Assembly: GCA_039621445.1 (NCBI GenBank)
Contig: CP154954.1
Span: 30,694,395 to 30,758,394 of the forward strand
Direction: 5' to 3'
From: Euglena gracilis
Taxonomy: Eukaryota
Length of the DNA stretch: 64,000 bases
In this document: one piece after another, positions 9,336 through 19,707 of the stretch
Numbering within the stretch: the stretch's first letter is position 1
Layout of the letters: the number at the start of each line of letters is the position of its first letter
Notes under the pieces: model-generated
Databases searched by the model: none
Told to the model about the DNA's origin: nothing
The model's input: only the letters and a program-made list of their open reading frames with translations
Made by a program: the position numbers and the translations under genes

Positions 9336-11150
9336 TGGGGGGGGGTACCAGCAAAACCTTGCTGCCTGGCTGCCTGATTGACATTAATTGGCGCCACCAT
9401 GATGTCGAAGCCCAGTGGGGTACAATCAACAGACAATTCAGGTCTGGGTTTAGCATCAATCTCTGAACCCACTGGGGGATGATGCTCCAGGGAGGGTTGG
9501 CATAAACTGGGGGGAGACCCCTTAAATCTGCCTTCAAGGCATCCACCAGCAAGGCCCCTTGGTGGGGGTATCGACAAATGAACTTGGGGAATTTTTTGTT
9601 GCTGGGTGTGCAAAACATGTCCACCTCTGGGGTGATGTGGTGCTTGAAAAATTTCAGAATCTGGTGAAAAATGTTCATGTTCAGGGTGTAATCCCCTGGA
9701 TCTTTTTGCTCCCTGGTCAGGGAGTCTGCCAATTGTTCCTTTGTGGGAACCCAAACCACCTGCAAATTGATTTGCTTTTCTTGGCAATGGTACAGAAGGG
9801 GTTTTAGGATGGAATTTAGGTATGGCTTTTTGCCTCCCCATTTTGTTAAATAACTTACTGCCACCTGGCTGTCCACATGAAGAACAATGGTTTGTTTTGG
9901 TTTTGCCAAAGCCTTTACAGTTTCCACTGCAGACATCAATTCTTTTTGATTGATGTGAAGGACATGCAGGTCCCTCCAGAAATCTTGGACCTTTTGACCA
10001 GAATTTTTGTCCAGCCCCCCCCATTGCCAGGTGCTGCTGTCTGAGAACAGTTCTTGAGAGGCCTGGGATTGAAAGGCTCTGCCCACACCTGGCTGCAAAA
10101 ATGCCTTTAACTCCACAATTTGATCTTTGACCCCCTGGGGAATGGTTAGGGTGTGGTCCCAACCCCACTTTGTGTGCAAATCCACCATTTTGCAAAGTTG
10201 ATCTGTCAGAATTCTGAGAAAAGGCATTGAAACTAAATAGCTTCTGACTTGCCCTACAATAGAGCTGAGTTTTCTGCAGCTCATTTTTTGTGCTGTCAGC
10301 ACCTTTCCTAATTCCTTTCTTAGGGATTTTAATTTTTCCTGTGGAATTTCCAGCTGGCCTTTTTTCAAATTGATCCACTGGCCCAAATGCTTTATTTCCT
10401 GTGTTGGTTCCAGACATGATTTGGGGAGGTTTATTCTGAAACCTGCCAGCAAAAGATCTTTTTTCATTTCTGCCAAATGATGGGCTGCTGTCTTTTTGCT
10501 GGGGGCTAACAGCAAAATGTCGTCCAGGTAGATGAAAACTACCTTTCCTTCCTTCCTCCATTTCCTTTCCCAGACTCTCATGAGAGTCATAAACTTTTGT
10601 GGCAGGCTGCTTAACCCAAAGCATGCAGCTTGAAATTGCCACGTTTCCCCCCCCCCACCTGCATGCAAACATGCTTTTCCAGGCTGCTGTGCAGCTTTAA
10701 ATGGAAATAAGCATCTTTCAGATCTATTTTTCCACAGAACCAACCCTTTCTGAGATATGGGAATATGTTTCCCATGTGTTCCAGTCTGAACTTCTGGGGG
10801 GTGAAATGTTGATTTAACTGTCGACAATCTGAAATTAGTCTTTCCTTTGTCTTTCCCCCTTCCTGTTTGGAAATGATAAAATAAGGGACAAAATGTTTTG
10901 CTTCCTCTGGGGGGATTTGCCTGGTTGCCCCTGCACATTCGTATTCCCTCAGAATTTTTTGGGCAGTCATTATTTCTTGGGGAGTTTTGAAGGGAACTTT
11001 TAAGGACATCTGAGGGGGGAGGGGAAGATCTGCCCTGACCCCTTCCCTTATCAGGTTTAATACCTCTGTGCTGGCTCCTGCCTTGACCCAATGGGGAATG
11101 CTGGCCTGCAGGGCCTTGTAAGGGGGTACCCCTGGGTGTAATGTGTCTGG
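9206..11150 (-). CDS. DIRS pol: RT, RNase H and Dam-like N6-adenine methyltransferase domain, with two frameshifts at homopolymers
   Basis: KIDLKDAYFH, CFGLSSLP, IYLDDIL (YLDD 10519-10530); RNase H FSDSS...HINQKEL...VDSQV...LADSLTR; MT VDMFC...VDAL...YANPPW. Frameshifts fall in the C-run near 10647-10657 and the G-run near 9337-9345. Confidence 0.92.
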
Positions 11151-11257
11151 GGATTCCACAGGCCCCATCACTGGGGTCCTGCCTGGCTGCCCCATCACTG
11201 GGGTCACACCTGGCTGCCCCATCACTGGGGTCCTGCCTGGCTGCCCCATCACTGGGG

Positions 11258-12175
11258 TCACCTCTGGCCCTGCCATGGGGCTGTCCAAAGACAGGCTTTC
11301 CCCCTGATTTTGAAAGATTGGGGAAAGTCTGGTCTGCAATGGGGAGGTACATATATAGCTGGGGGGTGTGGGCTGATTACCTTCTGGGGGGGCCCTGGTG
11401 TAGCCAATCTTGGGCCTCCCCCCCAAGGGCTGATGTGATCTTGAATGCACTGGCCTCCAATGGCCACTTGATTTTGATTGAAATGGCCTCCATTGGCCTT
11501 GAAGTCTTGATGCTTCTCCTGGCCTCCATTGGCCTTTTGCATATAATGGCCTCCATTGGCCTTGATATTTTGATGCTTCCCCTGGCCCCCATTGGCCTCT
11601 TGCATATAATGGCCTCCATTGGCCTTCCCCTGAAGGCGGGGTTGGTTGCTTGGATGTGCAGCTCCTGAGGGTTTTGTGTTTGAGAGAGCTGTGGGGTAAG
11701 TTGGACATACCTTTCCCCCGTGGGAGCTTTCCAGGTTTGGACACAGGCTGCCATAGCTTTGCTCCTGGGCCCACTGCCCTCTTGGATGATGGCTTCCATA
11801 GCCATGATTCTGGGCCCCAGGCCCTGTCCAATGATGGCTGCCATAGCCTTGGTTTTGATTTGAATCCTTTGGATTGAGGCTGCCATAGCCTTTGCTTTCT
11901 CCCCTGAAAGGGGAGGAACTGAGAAAAAGGGGTGGAGTCTGTTGGACCTGTGATGGTGGTCCCCCTCTGTCTTCTCTTCCTGACCACAGTTGTCCATGTC
12001 CCATGGCCAACATTTTTAGGGGGGGAGCCTGAAACCTTGAATTTTGAAATCTTTGAAGTACTGGGTGGTGGGGGGGTTGCGATGGCCACGGACGGACGTG
12101 TCGCTGCCGCCCCTCCAGCGTCTGCAGCTGCTGCTGTGTCTCCACCTTCCCCGGCTTCAGCTCTTTGAAATTCAT
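11258..12175 (-). CDS. DIRS gag-like ORF1 (low complexity, overlaps the pol frame)
   Basis: First ORF inside the left ITR; Gln/Gly/His-rich with ANGG repeats; a related copy lies at 5.7-6.6 kb. Exact start uncertain. Confidence 0.55.
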   Translation of the reverse strand: MNFKELKPGKVETQQQLQTLEGRQRHVRPWPSQPPHHPVLQRFQNSRFQAPPLKMLAMGHGQLWSGREDRGGPPSQVQQTPPLFLSSSPFRGESKGYGSLNPKDSNQNQGYGSHHWTGPGAQNHGYGSHHPRGQWAQEQSYGSLCPNLESSHGGKVCPTYPTALSNTKPSGAAHPSNQPRLQGKANGGHYMQEANGGQGKHQNIKANGGHYMQKANGGQEKHQDFKANGGHFNQNQVAIGGQCIQDHISPWGGGPRLATPGPPQKVISPHPPAIYVPPHCRPDFPQSFKIRGKACLWTAPWQGQR

Positions 12176-12315
12176 TTTTCATGGAAGTCCCGTTGTTGAT
12201 CTCCGAGAGTTGAATTCTTCCGTCAGGAAGTTGAAGGTCCGAAAATTTTCGTCCACTTGAGTTCGTAGAAGTAAAGTTCTTTCTCCTTGAGGTCGAAGGG
12301 CAGAAATAGGAATCA

Positions 12316-12437
12316 GCCAACTCCGGCAACAAAAAGCAGTAAGACGCACCCCCCGCGCACGCACAAACACACCAGAACAGAACAGCCGGCAAGGAAAGCA
12401 GGACCTCACCATCTCGCAGTGCGGAGCCCGAATGGTC
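12316..12437 (-). repeat. DIRS left ITR
   Basis: Reverse complement of 7922-8021; outer 33 nt complementary to ICR 8308-8340. Confidence 0.9.
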
Positions 12438-12461
12438 CCCCCAGTCTACGGTTTGGCACTC

Positions 12462-12558
12462 AAAAACACACCAGAACAGAGCAGCCGGCAAGAAAAGCAG
12501 GACGTCACCATCTTCCTGTTTCGTGAGGGTCCGATAGACCGTGCGGAGCCGAACGGTC
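12462..12558. mobile_element. Additional diverged DIRS terminal fragment
   Basis: AAACACACCAGAACAGAGCAGCCGGCAAG...CACCATCT...GTGCGGAGCCGAACGGTC repeats the ITR with substitutions. Confidence 0.65.
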
Positions 12559-13689
12559 GAGCGTTGCTGACACTGGGCCTGCCCGCAGATAAGCGATATA
12601 TGCCGCCTTAAAAAGCTTCTAAAGCTTTCAAAACCTGAATTTTGGAAAATTTAAAAAAAATCCCCTTAAAAATAATGCGTGGGATGTGCCCCCCCCCATT
12701 TTACCGGGCGGCAAGCTTCGCCTTGACCCTGAAGAGAGAGAGCAGAGCTCAGCGACCCCTCTTAATTCCATTTTCTGCAAAACAATTGGAAGTTTGACAA
12801 GGGGCGCACTCCACAAGGGGGACGGGTTTACATATATAAAAGGGACCCCCCCCCCAAGGGCCCCCCAAGGAATTCTGGATCAAGCATGCAGCCCAGCAAC
12901 CCGCAGCAGCATGCCAACGAATCGTCCGACTCCATCTCCGAGACCGAGTCGGGGTTGAGTGGTGCATCATGATACAAAATACATTGCGATGGCCATACGA
13001 TTTGATTTGCAACTATAATTTACATACCACGTGTGGAAGGTAAACGTACTGCTTCTCGAGGCTTCTGAAACCACATCCCCAAGATTCGCTCTCCTGTGCC
13101 AGAGGCATAGTTGAATGGTTTGGCAACTGTTGATAAAAAAAAACTTTTCAGATTCTCAAATGGATCAAACGTGCCATCCAATGCATTTCTGGGGGAAATT
13201 GTGTTGTGCTTGGAAACAAAACGTATGTAGGTTGCAAGATTGTCAAGAAATGAGAATGAATGATCCAAAGTCTCGAACAACAGCAACAAACAGAAGACAA
13301 CACAAACCATAAAAGTTGTCAGAGGGCAACTGAAAGAAAATTAACCCAGGACCACATTTTCCAAAAATCACAACAACTAAGTGCAAAGAGAATTATTACA
13401 ATGAAAGGAATTCTATTGTCATTATGAATGATTATTTTTCATTCACATGGACGTGATGGTCCTGATTTTCACACACACACACATCATCTCAAGCAAATAT
13501 TACACATTCAAAAACAAAAATATACTTTAACGAAATTTAGTTGCATTCTAATCTCAATGGCAGGATGAAAGAAAAAGAACTCATGATGAAGAATTTTTAT
13601 CTGGAAATGTCCCACCCCTCTATGGGTGTGGAAAACGGGATAGATGTGGGCAAGCACCTGTAAAGTTCTGTGGCATTGTGGAATGTAGG

Positions 13690-14797
13690 AAAACCTGATT
13701 AGTTTTCCCCTCAGATGTTCGTTTGGAGCTCCTTTCTTTTTAGGGACAGATCCCCCCCATGTCTGAGCACCACACTCCAGCAGAGGTTTTTTTAGGGCCC
13801 GGTGGTCCAGACCCACCCACCAAATGCAACCTAGTGGGTTGTATCCCTCATTCAAAATGGTGTTCAGCCAGACCATCTCTTACCCCATTCACCACCACCC
13901 CTTTCAACAAGACAACAGCAAAAATCTGGTCAGGAAATCACACTGGCTTCAAAAATCCTGAGGGAATACCAACAAAATGGGGCAACCAAAAAGTTGGAGA
14001 ATGCTTCAGGAACTGCCCATTTGGTACCCTGGTTTGTGTTGTCAAACCCAGAAGAGGAGGGTGTCAAACATCGACTTATCACAGATTGGCGAGACCTAAA
14101 TCGCTGTCCAAAAAGGTTCACTCTGGAAAACATGTCCACCATTTTCCCCACTTTGAAAAAAGGGGACTGGGCAGTGAAACTGGATTTAAAAGATGCATAT
14201 TTTCATCTGTGTCTGGAAAACAATTTCAAAAAAAATTGTCAGAATTCAGACCTGTGGGAGTTTCAGGGGCTTTTTTTGGCCTAAGCACACTCCCAAAACT
14301 GTTCATGTCATTGACGAAAGTCCTGCAAAAACTTTGCAGATCAGAGGGATTGCAAATGTTCGCCTATTTGGACGACATCATTCTGTTTGGTTCAACAGAA
14401 CATTTAGTCAAAAAGCATTTTTAAACATGTTGAACACCCTGGGGGAGGCTGGGTTCAAGATCAGCCAGAAAAGTATATTTTCACCCTCAGGAAAAGGGTT
14501 GGAATTCCTGAATCCACATCCCACAAAATTTGAAGGAGGAAGTCAAAAATTTAAAAGTGTACCTGCAGGAAGGGCTTGGCAGGCCCTTTCTTCAACAGGC
14601 AAAAGGGGTGCTCCATTCAGACTCCTCCACATGGGCCTGGGGGGTGGTGGATTCCTCCCAAAACAAAGTCATCCAAGAATTCTGGAGGGAGAAAATTGCC
14701 TGCACATAACTATAAAGGAATTGATGGCTGCAATGCACACAGTGAAAGCCTTTGGAGGCCTGGAGAAACAGTGCTACTAAATGTAGACAATCAGGTA
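13690..14797 (+). pseudogene. Degenerate DIRS RT/RNaseH, 5' half
   Basis: KHRLITDWR...KFTLEN-like...VKLDLKDAYFH, FGLSTLPKLF, AYLDDII, HITIKEL, VDNQV; many frameshifts. Confidence 0.88.
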
Positions 14798-15578
14798 CCC
14801 CCCCCCTTGTCCAACGAGCGGGTTCCTGCAACCCCCAACCGTCATACACCCCCCCAACCTGCAACCCCCGACCGGGGGGTGGTCGTACCACTAGGGACCA
14901 AAACAAAACCAAAAGCCACAAAAGGTGCAATTTCATAATGGTGGAGGTTGCCACCGGCGCCTCTCAGTATAGAGGTCAGAACGGGCAGTATCCCGTGATA
15001 CAATACACATGATGAAGTGGAACAGAAATGGAAACGGACAACTCATTCTGCCATGTAAAACCCTCGCTTCCTATCCCAAAGCAATTTCAATTTCTTTGGT
15101 GCAGGGGATGTTACAGACGTTGACGACGCAATATCCTGTGGTTTTTGATTTGAACCGAAAGGAGATACACCAATGGCGCGCTCGGAAACCTGTTTGGGGA
15201 TAAAATCCCCGTCTACGAGGTCCTTGGTCAGGTATAATTTGCCATCAAACACATGGGCAAGCCCCCATATTCCGCGACCCGCTTTCCCGAACACCACTAC
15301 TTTCTTTGCACATTCATCATCACTTTCCTCTGACAATAGGGAAACAGCATCATCACTTTGTATCTCCGACCCACTTGCCCCATCATCCGAAAAAGAAGAC
15401 AACCCAGAAAGGCTCTGGAACATGAGTGCACAAATTCCGGCAGTTCACCCATGATTGAACCAGCGGACTCCAAAGAGGAAATCTCCGAAGAATCATTGGC
15501 TGGGTCAAAGTGCAAAGGGCGGACCAAGAATATGTCTAGTTTTCGTTTTGTGACAACCCAGGGCGGGACGTTCCCAAG

Positions 15579-16019
15579 CATTCGTCTCTTTAACGACCCC
15601 GGGGGGGGGGGGGGTGCTGGGCTAGGGCTAGAAATTTGGGCTGGCTGGTCCCCGACCACCAATTCACAGCCATTCCACCGTGTGTGCTTTGTTGCCTGTC
15701 TCCTTCCCCTTGCGGTGGGCAGCTAAAGCAGGTCCATGCACCGACAAGGGGAGTGGTAGCGGACACTTTTCTGCCCCCAACTAGAAAAATGTCCGTCTCC
15801 ACATTCGCAAAGACGAACCATGTTGTGAGGTGTGCGGGAAAAGCGGAAGAGCCTGCGAGAGGATGGCAGTGGTAGAGCGAAAAAAAAATGGGCTGGCTGG
15901 CTGGGCTGGCAGCACCCCCCCCCCCGGGGGGTGCTGCTGCGGCTGGGCTGGGCCCAAATCAGGGCTGGCTGCAGCCGCCCCAGGGGGGGGGGGGTCGCAA
16001 AACCTTAAAGAGATGTATG
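15579..16019. mobile_element. hAT-type MITE nested in the pogo element
   Basis: Perfect 8-bp TSD TTCCCAAG (15571-78, 16020-27); TIR CATTCGTCTCTTTAA / TTAAAGAGATGTATG. Confidence 0.85.
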
Positions 16020-16377
16020 TTCCCAAGGTATGACTGAGGCCACTGAATTTAAACTGCTTTTCCAATTAAAAACCATCATCTTCAACTGTACGCGAGGGAA
16101 GATGTACAGGACAAAAGAAATTTTGTTGAAAGTTACGGTTTGCTTTTACGGACGTATAATAAACGCCAAGAACAAACAAAAAAAGACATGGACATTTTGG
16201 ACAAAATCCTTGGGAAGTCTGATGGAACGACAGATGTGTCCAAAAGCTTTGAGAAGAGCATGCCGCCTGGAAAGTAGGCGGCACGCATCGCAGCGAGGAG
16301 GTCAGAATCCGGAATGCTCAGCCAGGCCTCACAAACCCAAGAAGCGATCTGACGCCGTGAAGGATCTGCAATTTCAT

Positions 16378-17922
16378 CTATTCATCCACAGCCCCCTCCG
16401 CTACACTTTCGTTCACCCATTGTGTGTAAAGCTCATGAACGTGCTGCTGAAAGCGCTTGTTGACTTGAGCCTTGTCGCATGGTTGGGAATAAGGTGCTGA
16501 GTCTGGCGGTGAGAAATATAGACGAAAACCGTTTGCACGTAGTTTTTCACAGATGGATGCATGCATATGCGACGGGGCACCATCAATCAAATAAAGAACC
16601 CTTTCTCCATTTTTAACTGCAATCAACAGGCAATGTTTCTTTGATGATCCTCAACGTTGTACTTTCATTTGTCTTCCCCGTTTCTTCTGCGGTCATATTC
16701 AGATGTGGAATTCAATTACACTGTTTCTGTGTCAGGCTTTTTCAAAAAAAAAAAACAAAGCCTGGTCCCTTTGAATATAACAGTGGGGTTAAAGCAAACA
16801 ACGCACATCAGGAGGGTGCGTGAGTGTCATGAACCGCACCTTTCCATCAGTAAGCACCCCCCTGTGAACGGCAAAAGAACAAACCATTTTCGTCGGCACA
16901 CACTTGTACAGCAAAATGCAAAAAAAAACTGTGATGGGATCCTTCATTTTACCACGATTGAGCACCATGACCCACCTCGACCCTGTGGCCTGTACTGTTG
17001 TTTTGCCGAGGGGCTCCAGAGAAACGGCTGTTTCATCACCGTTTGCCAGCCACGTGTACTTCGAGTTCCGCAGCGCGAGATGAGGACATGAATGCACTAG
17101 GTTTGGGAGGTTAGGGAGAGGGTCCAGATCATAGATTCACTTATCCAGGATGAGGCACTCTTTTCTTTCACTTTTCCACAACCCGGATGCAAGCAATCAC
17201 GCATACACAGTCCAAATACAGAGTCAATCCAAAGACAACCATGGGTGAATATTTGCGCGGTAGCGTTGAACAAGGGGTTCCACTGCTGCTATTGCTCTCC
17301 TGCAGAAACTCGTTACTTCCCGGCGGGGATTTAATTAAAAAAAAGAAATCAGGCTGACGACCTGAAAGAAAAAGCTAATCACACATCCGTCATTTTAAAT
17401 TTCTGTTTTCGTGACTGAAATGTGTTGCCGCTTCCGAAACGCTAACCACCATCGTGAAAATACCCTTTCTGACAGTGCAGCCATCCTGCAGCGAAAGAAA
17501 CAACACAGGTGGCACTCTGGCATTAAAAAGTGTCAACAGAACTGAATTCTCATCCGCAACATTGAAAAGAGCATAAAGCGAGGCGATTCACACATCTCGT
17601 TCCAACATTTGGCCTTGGATATCACCATGCCCTTCGTCACTGATAACCCACGTGAACGACGACACATAATCCATCGACGGAGGTTGATCTCCAAATCCTT
17701 CCTTCCAGAAGCCCTCCCCTGGTGCAAAGACCACCTGTTCCGGCGTATGAGTAGAACTTTGGTCAAATCAGACCTGGGAGGTATGGTGACGACAGGAATG
17801 CAAAAACAAACAGTGGAACACCTGTTCTTTTGCCAGTCCAGGATGCATCCATGGGATTTCATCTTGTAAAACCATGCTGCGGCTCGCACTTCATGCACAT
17901 CTGCGTATGCCAATATTTTCAA
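16378..17922 (-). pseudogene. pogo-family transposase: CENP-B-like HTH plus DDE_1 domain, DD35D
   Basis: DLEINLRRWIMCRRSRGLSVTKGMVISKA (HTH), ANGDETAV (first Asp), LIDGAPSH...SQPCD with 35 residues between the last two Asp; fragmented. Confidence 0.85.
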
Positions 17923-18696
17923 TTTCTGATGGACATCCCATGACGCACGCTCCGGTGCACCAGCCCGCTTCCTTGGACGCTACGGAGAGGAGAATATTGC
18001 ATTCCAGCGGTTAACTTGGGGGCCACACACCGGGGCACGTTTCGGAGAATCCTTTCTACTTCTTCTGTTTTTGGCTTGGGTTGTGACACAATTCACCTGA
18101 TATTGCAAAAAAGGGCGGCATAACGACACATCACACCACCATTAGTTCGGATGCACTTGTGGTTGGTTCCGTTCTCTCTACCTGCGGATCCGCCGTGGGC
18201 ACGGTGTTGTTTGGTTGCAGATCTGGTTCGGGATCAATGTCCTAGCACCTCCAAAAAAAAGAGGGGATTTGAGATTTAAAACACACCGGGGAATAATTTG
18301 GGGTCATTGGTGACCCAGGGGTAATATTCGTCAACCTGGCCTTGTCGTGAACAACATCACGTCCATTGCGTTCATGTTTTATTGCCAAATATTTCTCCCC
18401 ATGAGGTGAGGGACCAATAACCACAGCAGCAACAGAGGGGCCATCACTACGCTCAAACAAAACAGGACTCTTCGGAGGGAACATGAGGAACACTTCTGCA
18501 ATGGACAAGAAACACGGGAAAAAGCTGGTCGACAAGCACATGAGAGGTAAAAAAAAAATTGTGGTCACCTGCAACCCCCAACCGGGGGGGGGGTCGTACA
18601 CCCCAACCTGCAACCCCCGACCGGGGGGTGGTCGGTATATAGGGGTGGTCGGTATATAGGGGTCGTCGGTGGACAAGGGGGGGGGAGGGGCGGGTA

Positions 18697-19707
18697 GCTC
18701 TAAGTTATCTTACCAAATGAAAGGGGCAGAAAGGAACACCTCAATTAGGTTTTGGAACCTCTGAATCACTGGTGTTGGGAAAACCAGATTCATCTGCAGG
18801 TCCAGTGGGTACCCTCTTCAGAAATGTTGGCAGACCCTCTCACAAGGTGGGATCAGAACAGGGGGCAATTATGCCCTGTGCCCAGACCTGTTCAATCAAA
18901 TTTTGCAGTCAGTCAGAAAGGACATTTCTCCAGACACAGACATGTTTTAATATCCAGAAAATGCAAAATTCCAAAAAATTTGTGGCCAGGTGGCCAACAC
19001 CACCAAGCCTTTCTGGTGGATGCACTGAAATGCGATCTGTCATCAGTCAAGGAGGTTTATGCCAATCTCCCCTGAAAGGAGATTTTCCCTTGGCTCATCA
19101 GGCTGAGATTAAACAGAGAAGTGCATTGCCTTTTGGTGACACCCATGTGGGTTCCCCGTCCATGGTGGCCACTATTAATCAAAACCTCAAAACCTGGGAC
19201 AAAAATGTCGGTCATACCCCCCAGGGGGGAATGTTCAAAAATTGTTGGGGACAATCAATGCCAAAGCCAACGTGGCCCCTGGCTTGCACGATTGTATCAG
19301 GTTCCTTTGGAACGGCAGAAAGTGCCACATCAAGACAATGACAATGTCCTGAGAACTTTGGGGCCTCTGAAGCGTTATGACAGTGGGTTCAGAAAATTAC
19401 TGTCATTTTGCAGCTAAAAGGTTTGGAGCCCTTGCAATTATCCAGACAGGAGTTGGCCCCTGCATTGTTGGACCTGCACAAACTTTCACAAGCTGATGCT
19501 CGCTGTGTGTATGCCTCCCTCCGGTATCTACCTGGGTTGGAGTCCATTCGCTTTCATCCTTTACTAACAAAAGTCCAAAGGGAGTGGAAGCGTCCTGTTC
19601 AGAGGCGTGCTGCCTTTTTGGGACCCCCTGCCCATTTTGAAGAAATTGCAGAGTCAGTTTCTGACATGCACATTTCAGAGCTCAGGTGGAAGCTTGCAAT
19701 TTTTTGA
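18697..19707 (+). pseudogene. Degenerate DIRS RNaseH/MT/YR N-terminus, 3' half of the split copy
   Basis: HLQVQWVPSSEMLADPLTR, FLVDALKCDL...VYANLP, NCWGQSMPKP, LKRYDSGF, LPGLESIRFHPLL, all colinear with the intact copy. Confidence 0.88.

Larger units (their letters stand above)
7864..12437 (-). mobile_element. Near-intact DIRS1-type tyrosine-recombinase retrotransposon
   Basis: Inverted terminal repeats, ICR, overlapping gag / RT-RNaseH-MT / YR ORFs. Confidence 0.95.
14798..18694 (-). mobile_element. pogo-like (Tc1/mariner superfamily) DNA transposon, about 3.9 kb, TA-flanked
   Basis: TA at 14796-97 and 18695-96; terminal CCCCCCTTGTCCAACGA vs TCGGTGGACAAGGGGGG; subterminal CTGCAACCCCC repeats. 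Removing it rejoins DIRS RNase H as VDNQV|ALSYLTK. Confidence 0.85.
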
